Below are positions 30,579 through 38,964 of a stretch of DNA of 55,999 nt, piece after piece; within the stretch, counting starts at the first letter, position 1, and each line of letters starts with the position of its first letter. The stretch spans positions 1 to 55,999 of the forward strand of contig CAWGJO010000031.1 in NCBI GenBank assembly GCA_963822945.1, written 5' to 3'. The notes beneath the pieces were generated by a model. The model saw only the letters and a list, made by a program, of their open reading frames with translations, had not been told where the DNA came from and ran no database searches. The DNA comes from an uncultured Gemmatimonadaceae bacterium (GTDB lineage Bacteria > Gemmatimonadota > Gemmatimonadetes > Gemmatimonadales > Gemmatimonadaceae). The position numbers and the translations under genes were made by a program.

Positions 30579-33191
30579 GTGCTGGAGCGGTGGTTCCGAC
30601 GCGGCCGTAGCCCGACGGACGAGGAGATCGCGCGCGAGCTGCGTGACCATCTCGAACTCGAGGCCGATTCTCTACGCGATGCCGGCGACGACGCGGCGGC
30701 CGCCGCCCGCCGCCGCTTCGGGAATCTGACCAGCACCGGGGAGGACGTGCGCTCAGTCTGGAGGTGGGCGTGGTGGGACCAGCTCGTCGCCGACCTACGG
30801 TTCGCCCTCCGCACGCTCCGCCGGAGCAAGGCGTTCGCGACGTTCAGTGTGCTCGCCCTGGCGCTGGCGATCACCGCCAACACGACGATGTCGAGCCTCA
30901 TCGACGCCATCCTACGCCCGGAGATCCCGCTTCCGAACCCGGGGCAGCTGGTAGTGGCCACGTTCAAGGGCGGCCCCCGCCCGCCGGGGGATGTCGCCAC
31001 CCCGCCACGTTCCGTTGGCGTCCGCGCCGTCCTGGGCAACTCGGGACGCACGTACGACGGCGTCACCGACGCGCCCAACATGCTGGCGGGGGACTTGCGG
31101 CCGATTCAGGCCGGCGATCACTACGTGCAGGCACAGTTTGCCTACGTGAGCGGGAATTTCTTTCAGGTCATTCGGGCGCGACCGCTGCACGGCACGCTGT
31201 TTCGCGACTCGGCGGCTGCGGCGCGCCACGAGATCGTGATCAGCGACCACCTGTGGCAGGAAATATCTGGCGGTACGAAGGGATTCGCGCCATTCGAGAT
31301 CTCGGTCGAATACGCGGTCGCGAGTGCGACCTTCACTGTGGTTGGCGTGTTGCCCCAGAATGGCGCGCCGCCGCTGGGCGCCGACATCTTCCTGCCGCGG
31401 GCCGGCGCCCGAGTGGACGCGGCGCTGATCCGGTTGCGTCCCGGCGTGACACAGCGGCAGGCGCTGGATGAGTTGAACGTGCGCGCGGTGGCGATCGACC
31501 CCTTCCACTCGCCGAGGGCGCACGTCGAACTTGCGCCGGCGATCGTGTCCCCCGCGCAGCACCTCGACCTGGTCGCGGCCCTGGCGGCGTGCACGCTGGC
31601 GGTGCTGCTCATCGCGTGCGCGAACATCGCCAATCTGCTCCTCGCCCGCGGGCTGGCACGGCGGCAGGAGTTGGCCACGCGGTTGGCCTTCGGCGCGAGC
31701 CGGCTGCGCGTCGCGCGGTTGCTCTTTGCCGAGAGTGGACTCGTCGCGCTCGCGGGGGGCCTCCTGGGCGGCGTCTTCTCGTTGTGGACGATTCACGCCG
31801 TCCGGGCGACGCTCCCCGCGAACCTGCAGTACCTAGGACTCGTGCAACCCCAACTCTCCTGGCGCGTGGTGGCCGCAGGGATCGGACTCACGGTGGTGGC
31901 CGCCGTGGTGTTCGGGGTGGCGCCGGCGGCGCTGCTGTTGCGCGGGGACATCAATGCGCTCATGAAGAGCGGCGACCGCCGGACCACCGTGGGCGGCTCC
32001 CGCTTCCGCCTCCTGGTCGTCGCCGAGGTGGCCGGCGCCCTGACGCTCGTCGTGGCGGGCTCGCTGCTCGGCGCCGTCGTGGGGCGCGTGAAGCTCGTCG
32101 ACTACGGCTACGACGCGAGCCATCTGGTTCGTGCCACGGTGCAGGAGGCGACGCCGCACCAGGCGATCGATTACAACCGAGGCCCTTCGCCCGCGCAACT
32201 TGCCAAGCGCTACTCCGAGTTGCTGAGTCTGCGCGCGATGCCTGGAGTCGCCGGAGCCACCGAACAGTGGCCCTGGTTCATGGGAGGCAGCCTCCGGATT
32301 GACGATCCCGGGGGCGGCGACCCGCGGTCGCTGGTCGCGGCGTCGCGCATCGTCACGGTCGAGCCATCGTATCTGCGGGTACTCGGTATGAAGGTTCTGC
32401 GCGGCCGCGATTTTCACGCAAGCGAGGACGACCCGCTCCCGTCGGTGATCATCGATCAGAACGCGGCGCACTGGCTCTGGCCCGGCGCGGATCCGATCGG
32501 GCGCCTCATCCAGTTCTCGCCGCGCCTGCCGTGGATGCGCGTGGTCGGCATCGTCGGCACGCCGATCTTCGGTGTGGGCTGCATGGAGGGCCCCTGCTCC
32601 GAGCCGGTGTTTCTCATCGCGACCGGGACCACGTACCCCGGGCGCGCCTTCCAGACGCAGTTCGTGATCCGAACCACAGGAGATCCCCAGGCCTTCATCG
32701 GGCGGCTACAGCGGAAGCTCTCCGCAGATTACCCGGGCTCGGCGCCCTTCATCGAAACCTGGGACCAGGTGACCGGGTTCGCCCCGCTCACGAAGATGTA
32801 CGACTTCGTGGGAACGCTGGTCGGGTCGTTCGCGGCCATCGGGCTGCTTCTGGCGTTGATCGGGGTCTACGGCATGGCGGCCTATGCCGTGGAGCAGCGG
32901 AAACGGGAGTTCGGCGTGCGCATCGCGCTCGGCGCGCAGTCGCGCGACATCATCCGGATCGTCCTGCGTGACGGGAATGCGACGGCGCTGTTGGGGCTCG
33001 CCGTGGGCCTCCTCTTCGCCAATTGGGCGGAGGGACTCCTGGCGCACTACCTGTTCGGCTACGACGGCATGGCGCCCTACTTCATGGCCGGCGCGATGGT
33101 GGTGTTGTTCGCGGCCACCGTGCTGGCCGGCATTCCTCCGGCGCTGCGCGCGGCGCGAACGAACCCAGTGGACACGCTGCGGGCGGAGTAG
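30579..33191 (+). CDS. ADOP-type duplicated ABC permease (MacB_PCD/FtsX x2)
   Basis: EIARELRDHLE..RRRFG, LLIACANIANLLLARG, QRKREFGVRIALGA and NPVDTLRAE. Confidence 0.9.
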   Translation: MLERWFRRGRSPTDEEIARELRDHLELEADSLRDAGDDAAAAARRRFGNLTSTGEDVRSVWRWAWWDQLVADLRFALRTLRRSKAFATFSVLALALAITANTTMSSLIDAILRPEIPLPNPGQLVVATFKGGPRPPGDVATPPRSVGVRAVLGNSGRTYDGVTDAPNMLAGDLRPIQAGDHYVQAQFAYVSGNFFQVIRARPLHGTLFRDSAAAARHEIVISDHLWQEISGGTKGFAPFEISVEYAVASATFTVVGVLPQNGAPPLGADIFLPRAGARVDAALIRLRPGVTQRQALDELNVRAVAIDPFHSPRAHVELAPAIVSPAQHLDLVAALAACTLAVLLIACANIANLLLARGLARRQELATRLAFGASRLRVARLLFAESGLVALAGGLLGGVFSLWTIHAVRATLPANLQYLGLVQPQLSWRVVAAGIGLTVVAAVVFGVAPAALLLRGDINALMKSGDRRTTVGGSRFRLLVVAEVAGALTLVVAGSLLGAVVGRVKLVDYGYDASHLVRATVQEATPHQAIDYNRGPSPAQLAKRYSELLSLRAMPGVAGATEQWPWFMGGSLRIDDPGGGDPRSLVAASRIVTVEPSYLRVLGMKVLRGRDFHASEDDPLPSVIIDQNAAHWLWPGADPIGRLIQFSPRLPWMRVVGIVGTPIFGVGCMEGPCSEPVFLIATGTTYPGRAFQTQFVIRTTGDPQAFIGRLQRKLSADYPGSAPFIETWDQVTGFAPLTKMYDFVGTLVGSFAAIGLLLALIGVYGMAAYAVEQRKREFGVRIALGAQSRDIIRIVLRDGNATALLGLAVGLLFANWAEGLLAHYLFGYDGMAPYFMAGAMVVLFAATVLAGIPPALRAARTNPVDTLRAE

Positions 33192-33231
33192 CTGATGGCT
33201 CGCGGGTACTCGGCCCAAGTCACAGCGGTTC

Positions 33232-33320
33232 CTTACGCATTGTCCGGATTAGAGTTCGACAGCCGCACGAAAGCGGTAACTCAATACAGTCTTGTCGGCA
33301 CACCTCCCAGGGGGTGCGCC
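33232..33320 (+). repeat. att-like site 3 (core CA 33308)
   Basis: AGCGGTAACTCAATACAGTCTTGTCGGCACACCTCC-CA-GGGGGTGCGCC. Confidence 0.9.
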
Positions 33321-33550
33321 CGTTCAACCGCAAGTTCACGCGAAAGCTCCGAGAGCCGAGATTCCAGCCACGCGCAGGAGTCGCCGCGAAGAGTGCGAAT
33401 ACGCTAGCAAGAGAGATCCTCGGGATGGCGGATGACGACTTCCGATCGGCGTTTCGCGACTCGCCAATGAAGCGGGCGAAGGTGGACGGGCTGAGGCGGA
33501 ACGCCGCCGCGGTACTGGGCATCAGTGGCGATAAGCCGAAACCGACCTGA
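33308..33550 (+). pseudogene. queG: displaced full-length queG 3' end (a different allele)
   Basis: QGVRPFNRKFTRKLREPRF..LAREILGMADDDFRSAFRDSPMKRAKVDGLRRNAAAVLG. Confidence 0.9.
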
Positions 33551-33592
33551 TCGCCCGTTGCTACCTTCTTACCGACCCCACTAGGAGCCGGT

Positions 33593-33995
33593 GTGACGAA
33601 ATCATGGCTGGCCGGAACGACTGCCGCGCTGCTGCTGGCGATCCCGGCCCGTGCCCCGGCCCAGAGCGCATTCCGGGTGACGGGTACGCCGCACGTGGTG
33701 CGACACGTCGTCGACACGATCGCCCTAACCTACATACACGGTCCGTGTATTGCCGGGCACGACCGATTCGCACGTGGCGTTCATCGTCGATGCGCCGGGA
33801 GTCCTCAGCGTCGATCTCCCCGGCTCACGGGACGACTGGCTCGCGCTCGACTGGACTCGGTGGTCAACGAACGGATCTCCGACACGTCTGCGGTCTACGA
33901 CACCCTGATCGTGGTCGAGGGCGCGCACGGCTCCACGATCGGCGTCGTGGCGCTCCCGCCGGACACGTCGAACGCGGGGCTCGGCGCCCGGCTAG
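33593..33995 (+). pseudogene. exported hypothetical protein interrupted by the IS110 element
   Basis: Signal-peptide-like N-terminus (..ARAPAQ); the ORF runs into the IS left end. Confidence 0.45.
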
Positions 33996-34103
33996 TCAGA
34001 ATGAGGCGACCGACTCGCGGTCGTAGTAACGTGGATTAGCCGACCGGACGGGCCGGTCGGTCAGAGCCATGATACGACGGAGTCGGTCGCTATGCAGAAA
34101 TAG

Positions 34104-35234
34104 ATGCGCGACCTCGCCTTGGATGTCCATGCGGACACGATGCACGCGGCCGTCGCGGAAGCGGACGGCGACGTCCGGGATCTCGGTGTTCGCCCGCACC
34201 GGCCGGAGGCCGTGCGCAAGCTCGTGGCCAAGCTCGGCCCGCGGGATCGGCTGCGGGTCTGCTACGAGGCGGGGCCCACCGGGTACCCGCTGTACTGGCA
34301 GCTCACCGCGCTCGGCATTCATTGTGATGTCATCGCGCCGACGCTGATCCCGACCAAGGCGGGCGACCGGGTGAAGACCGATCGGCGCGACGCCTTGCGC
34401 TTGGCGCGGGCGTATCGCGCGGGCGATCTCACGGCGGTGTGGGTGCCGGACGCGGCGACCGAAGCGCTGCGGGATCTGGTGCGCGCGCGGGAGGTGACGA
34501 AGCAGGATCAACTCCGGGCGCGCCATCGCGTGAACAAATTCCTCCTGCGCCACGGCCGGCATCGGCCCGACGGCCTCCGCGCCTGGACGGGACGTCACGC
34601 GCGCTGGCTCGCGACGCAGCGCTTCGAGTCGGCGGTCTTGCAAACCGTCTTCGACGAATACTGCGGCACGCTCGCCCTGCTGGCCGATCGGCTGACGCGG
34701 CTTGAGGCGGCGATCACCGAGGCCCTCACCACGCTCGCGCCCGCGCAACAAGCGCTGGTCGGCGCCCTCAGTGCCTTGCGTGGCATCCGCCAGGTGAGGG
34801 CCGCCACCCTCGTGAGCGAGGTCGGCACGCTCCGCCGCTTCGCGACGGCGCGGCAACTGATGGGCTACGCGGGCCTCGTGCCTCGGGAACACTCGAGCGG
34901 CGCCGGCACCTGGCGCGGGGCGATCACGAAGACCGGGAACGCCCATCTGCGGCGGGTGCTCGTCGAAGCCGCGTGGGCCTACCGCCACCGCGTCGACCCG
35001 ACCAGTACCGTCGTCCGGGCCCGGCAGCGCGGGCAGCCGCCCGCGGTCATCGCCGTGGCGACGGCCGCGCAACGCCGGCTGGCGGGACGCTATCGGCGCC
35101 TGGCCGCGCGCGGCAAACCGCCCCTCGCCGTGAGCACGACCATCGCGCGCGAACTCCTGGGCTTCATCTGGGCGCTGGGCCAGCTCGTCGAACCCGGTCC
35201 GGCGGCCGTCGGAGGAGCGCGCATGGCGAGCTAA
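34104..35234 (+). CDS. IS110 family DEDD recombinase/transposase
   Basis: ALDVH, CYEAG, KTDRRDA, YAGLVPREHSSG and ITKTGN. Confidence 0.95.
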   Translation: MRDLALDVHADTMHAAVAEADGDVRDLGVRPHRPEAVRKLVAKLGPRDRLRVCYEAGPTGYPLYWQLTALGIHCDVIAPTLIPTKAGDRVKTDRRDALRLARAYRAGDLTAVWVPDAATEALRDLVRAREVTKQDQLRARHRVNKFLLRHGRHRPDGLRAWTGRHARWLATQRFESAVLQTVFDEYCGTLALLADRLTRLEAAITEALTTLAPAQQALVGALSALRGIRQVRAATLVSEVGTLRRFATARQLMGYAGLVPREHSSGAGTWRGAITKTGNAHLRRVLVEAAWAYRHRVDPTSTVVRARQRGQPPAVIAVATAAQRRLAGRYRRLAARGKPPLAVSTTIARELLGFIWALGQLVEPGPAAVGGARMAS

Positions 35235-35239
35235 CCCAT

Positions 35240-35490
35240 CGCAGCCATCGCCTGGAGCGCGACGGGCCGGGCACGAAACGGCGCATCCGCGAATTCCCTA
35301 TGCGATCCGACGCCCTCACGGGCTTCCAACTCGCGCTCCTAGTCTGCGGTCGCGCCCGACGCATCACGATCATGCGGTACGTCTCCGGACCAACCCGCGC
35401 ATATCAGACTGATCTCTCGTCGCGTCCCGCGCCCCGCCGCGCTCCAGGCTCCCGCTGCGACAACCACTTACATCCGATCCACTACCGCGG
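35240..35490 (+). ncRNA. probable bridge/seek RNA of the IS1111-type element
   Basis: Contains CTAGTC (matches the left target flank), TTCCCT (complement of the right flank) and CATATCAGA (matches the circle junction); the ends are approximate. Confidence 0.65.
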
Positions 35491-35960
35491 CCTTGACAGG
35501 TCGCTTCATATCAGGGAACCTCGTGGGGCAGGGGTGCGCACTGGGCTGGATAGACAACCAGGGCATTTGCACCAGCTTGGGGCTGCAACCACCGGCGGCT
35601 TACGCGGGCGCCGGCCACTACCTACCTCGCATCAGAACTCTCAGAAACTGACGCTCTGGAGCGGATCAGTGTTGGGGACCCAGGCCAGTGCGTCGCCCCT
35701 AGTGTTCGAATCGAAGTCAACGCCCCGGCGGCTTCGTGGTCGCCGCCCGCACGGGTCACGCGGTGGCGCTCTGGCCGACGGAGCGGCACTCCGGCGGCTT
35801 AGAGAACGGCTATCGGCATCTCCCCTTGCCGAAATAGGCGATCACCACCAAACTCGTATCACTGGCAGCAGTGGCGGCCCGACCCGCCTCCTCGTGACAC
35901 TGGCGTCATTTCAGCTACACTCGGGACAGACTTTCGTGACAATCCTATCGGAGGTGGCTA

Positions 35961-37205
35961 ATGACGAGGCCGAGTCAGTTTACCGTTGTCCTCGCGATCG
36001 CTGGTGCCGTCGCGACGTTCGGGTGCAGTGATCAGTTCACTCCGCCGACTTCTACCGCGCGAGTCGCACCAACACTCAGCCGCTCCGTCGTCGGCGGTCA
36101 ATCGTTACCGGATTCGGACTACGTTGCCACACCTGCCGGATGGTACCACCGAAGCTGCATTCACGAAGTTCCTAATGGGTCTCGCATCGATGCAAACGGC
36201 GTGGTTCACAAGCCGGACGGGACGACTTTTGCAATTCCGGCGTGTCATTTTCCGCACAGTCAGCGGCGAGGATTGAACGGCGTGCCACCCGGTGCATCCC
36301 CACCTTCGATTGATGGCTGGGTCAATTCCCGTGAAGTTAGCGCGTCGACGTATAGGAGCATCTCCGGGTATTGGCACGTCCCGGCCGCTCCCAGCGAAGG
36401 TTACTCTGGCGTGCAGGTCTATTACGCTTTCCCAGGACTCCAAGACGACTCCACCATTCTCCAGCCGGTGCTGGCTTACCACTATGACCATACCACCGAG
36501 CCGGGTTGGGCAATAGCGAGCTGGAGTTGCGGACCCAGTTGTGTTCACAGTCCCCTGGTTGGTGTATTAGCGGGGGACTCGCTCTACGGCGCAGTTTCAT
36601 CCAGCAACTGCAGCGGCGGCACGTGCGATTGGCTCATTTACACTACTGACGCGAATACTGGCTACTGGACGCGGGAAACTGTGGATGGAGGTCGTGATGA
36701 CTTCTCTGATGCCGTAGCAGGGGCGATTGAGGCGCATGGCCCGACCTCCTGCCTTCAGTTTCCGAGCGATCCGATACAGATGACAGGCATTACGCTGACC
36801 GACCAAAGTGGCACAGTCAGTAGCCCCGCGTGGGCCTCAGTGTACCACGGAACTCCGTCTCCAGACTGTGGATGGACAAACATCGGGACGAGTACGAGCG
36901 CCACGCTCGAAAACAATAGTCTCGCGGTCTTTATTAGCGGCGATAATCCGGTAAACACCGGGAACAACTGTGAATACAGTGCGAACGGGTATGGTGGATA
37001 TCTTGGGTACACGTTCTCCTGGTCAACCGACGGCACCATTGTATCGGGCCAGCATGCGGCAGACCTGACGGTGAGCTTTCAAAACGATGGATCGCATTTC
37101 GTATATGTGACGGTGACGGACGCGCAAAGTCAGCAGGCAACCCGAAACTTTGCCGTTACTTCGGAGTCAAGTGATCCGCCCGAGCTTACGTGCGCCGTGA
37201 TGTGA
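35961..37205 (+). CDS. secreted Cys/Ser/Thr-rich lipoprotein with a C-terminal PKD/Ig-like domain
   Basis: TFGC lipobox, TPAGWYHRSCIHEVP, FPGLQ..ILQPVL and YTFSWS..VTVTDA; visibly lower GC than the backbone. Confidence 0.65.
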   Translation: MTRPSQFTVVLAIAGAVATFGCSDQFTPPTSTARVAPTLSRSVVGGQSLPDSDYVATPAGWYHRSCIHEVPNGSRIDANGVVHKPDGTTFAIPACHFPHSQRRGLNGVPPGASPPSIDGWVNSREVSASTYRSISGYWHVPAAPSEGYSGVQVYYAFPGLQDDSTILQPVLAYHYDHTTEPGWAIASWSCGPSCVHSPLVGVLAGDSLYGAVSSSNCSGGTCDWLIYTTDANTGYWTRETVDGGRDDFSDAVAGAIEAHGPTSCLQFPSDPIQMTGITLTDQSGTVSSPAWASVYHGTPSPDCGWTNIGTSTSATLENNSLAVFISGDNPVNTGNNCEYSANGYGGYLGYTFSWSTDGTIVSGQHAADLTVSFQNDGSHFVYVTVTDAQSQQATRNFAVTSESSDPPELTCAVM

Positions 37206-37393
37206 TTAGCAGGGTCTTGCCCCCTCCGCTCGGACGCCGTTACGTTCACAAAGCGTCGGTAAATACCGACTTGATGCAGCGTGGTGTCATGACGACGGAG
37301 GGCGATATGGCAATTCTTCCCACTGCGTCGCGAGCGGCTTGGGGCCATTGGTCTCGTGTAGGGGAGCGTGTGCCCCAACCAAAGGTCGGGGCG

Positions 37394-37765
37394 ATGTTGA
37401 GTAGGCTGTCGCTGCTCGTCGTATGCGCAGTCAGCTGCACTACTGCACCGAATTCAGATGGGTCCGCAAGCATTGTCGGTCAGGTTCTTGACGCTGCCGG
37501 TGGTCCATGGGCTGGGGCGACGGTCGAAGTAGTCTGTTCGGCCAGTGCTGATACGACGCGGGCTAGCACAGACACCGCAGGTGACTTCGGCTTCTCTCTC
37601 GACTTTCCGAATTCCATTCGCGGCGATCAGACAACGACGACGAGTTGCCGGTTTGCGGTACCTAACCTTACCGCACCGCGGGCCGCGGTCACTCAGTCGA
37701 TCACACTATACCGTAGCCTACAGCCCACTCAGAGGGTGGCGCTCCGCGAAGGCTCGATATCGTAG
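37394..37765 (+). CDS. small lipoprotein with a carboxypeptidase-regulatory-like domain
   Basis: AVSC lipobox; GQVLDAAGGPWAGATV..TDTAGDF. Confidence 0.6.
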   Translation: MLSRLSLLVVCAVSCTTAPNSDGSASIVGQVLDAAGGPWAGATVEVVCSASADTTRASTDTAGDFGFSLDFPNSIRGDQTTTTSCRFAVPNLTAPRAAVTQSITLYRSLQPTQRVALREGSIS

Positions 37766-38035
37766 CCCTGGCGAATCGCGTCCACGGACTTGGACTCTCA
37801 ACACACATCTACAACTCGATACTACCTTCTGCCGTAGCTTCTCATCCTGAGGCTACGGCATGTTTGTTTCTGGAAGGTGGCACGTTGGACGTGCGGGCAT
37901 CAAGGCGGGCCCTGCGCTCGCTGCACGGGGCAGAGGATCGGATGTTCGAGGCCGAGGCGCGGGCCGCGTCCGGGCGCTCCGGCGCCGGGCTGGGCGCGAT
38001 CTCCCGCGCCTGGACCGTCCTCCCGGGAGAGACTC

Positions 38036-38340
38036 ATGCTGACCTCGACTCCTCGCCCTGCCGTACGGGGCGCCGTGACCGCCCAAGCCCGCCGTGAACA
38101 GAATCGCGCCTATGCCGAGGGCTTCGACGTCCTGATCGGCGTGGACTGCGGCCGCACCTTTCACCAGCTCGTCGCGCGCGGGCGAGACGGCCGCCGCAAG
38201 AAGGCCATCCGCGTGGACGTGAGCCGCGCCGGCTTCGACGCCGCAAATGCGCATCTCCAACAGACGTTCCCCGGGCTCCGGCCGAGCGAGATGCTCGTCG
38301 GCATGGAGTTCGCCGGCCACCACGGGTTCACGTTCGCCCA
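38036..38340 (+). pseudogene. 5' fragment of a second IS110 transposase
   Basis: LIGVDCGRTFH..VGMEFAGH (first D and E of DEDD); similarity appears to stop at CA 38339. Confidence 0.7.
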
Positions 38341-38530
38341 TGGGGTGTGCCGGGTGACTGTGGAACTCGTGCGGCCGCCGTGGAAGTTCCTCGCAATGGG
38401 CGCGGCTGGATTCCCGGCGTCGTTCAACAATTCGCGGATCAACCGGGCACGGCGCCCAGCCCCTTGGGCGCTTTCTATTCTTGCTCGCTAATCCGAGTCG
38501 CAGCTCGCCTCGGCGATCCGGAACCCACCT
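38339..38530 (+). repeat. att-like site 4 (right arm only) with a decayed queG 3' end
   Basis: CA-TGGGGTGTGCCGG, then FLAMGAAGFPASFNNSRINRAR; colinear with 51671-51860. Confidence 0.75.
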
Positions 38531-38553
38531 TAGCCCTGAGCGACGGATATACC

Positions 38554-38588
38554 TTGACCATCGACAACAATCGGCATATTGTTGTCGA
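38554..38588 (+). promoter_or_regulatory. padR promoter with an overlapping inverted repeat
   Basis: TTGACC-N17-TATTGT; TCGACAACAAT-CGGCAT-ATTGTTGTCGA. Confidence 0.7.
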
Positions 38589-38634
38589 AGCTCAAGGGCT
38601 CCACCGACAGTCCCGCCTCCCCCGGATCCCACCG

Positions 38635-38964
38635 ATGTCCGATCGCGCAGACCTTCTGCAGGGCACGCTCGACCTCCTGATCCTCAAGAGTCTCCGTGCA
38701 GGCCCGCTCCACGGCTGGGGACTGTCGAAACGCATCCGCCTCCTCTCCGATGACGTCCTGCAGGTCAACCAGGGGTCGCTCTACCCCGCCCTCTATCGCC
38801 TGGAAGAACGGGGCCATGTGACCGCCGAGTGGGGCGTGTCGGACGAAGGCCGACGCGCCAAGTTCTACAAGCTCAGCGCAGCGGGCCGTCGGCGGTGCGA
38901 CGCCGAGCAAGCCGACTGGCGCCGCTTCGCCAACGCCATCGAACAGGTGCTGCAAGGTGCGTGA
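38635..38964 (+). CDS. PadR family regulator
   Basis: LLQGTLDLLILK, GSLYPALYRLE and RRAKFYKL. Confidence 0.92.
   Translation: MSDRADLLQGTLDLLILKSLRAGPLHGWGLSKRIRLLSDDVLQVNQGSLYPALYRLEERGHVTAEWGVSDEGRRAKFYKLSAAGRRRCDAEQADWRRFANAIEQVLQGA

Larger units (their letters stand above)
33996..35514 (+). mobile_element. IS110 family element, IS1111 type
   Basis: TCAG at both ends (33996, 35511); subterminal IRs ATGAGGCGACC (34001) and GGTCGCTTCAT (35499); long 3' non-coding end with TTGACA at 35493. Confidence 0.88.

Noticed and set aside
17705..33550. queG tails as diversity-generating retroelement TR/VR pairs
   Set aside because: Differences are not confined to adenines and there is no intact reverse transcriptase.
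34104..35234. The IS110 recombinase as the enzyme acting on the array sites
   Set aside because: Its ends, TCAG core and guide-like segments match its own insertion site, not the CA-centred palindrome.
37830..37860. Hairpin TGCCGTAGC..GCTACGGCA as another att copy
   Set aside because: It has no GGCACACCTCC-CA core and no queG tail; it is more likely a terminator or part of the decayed IS end.
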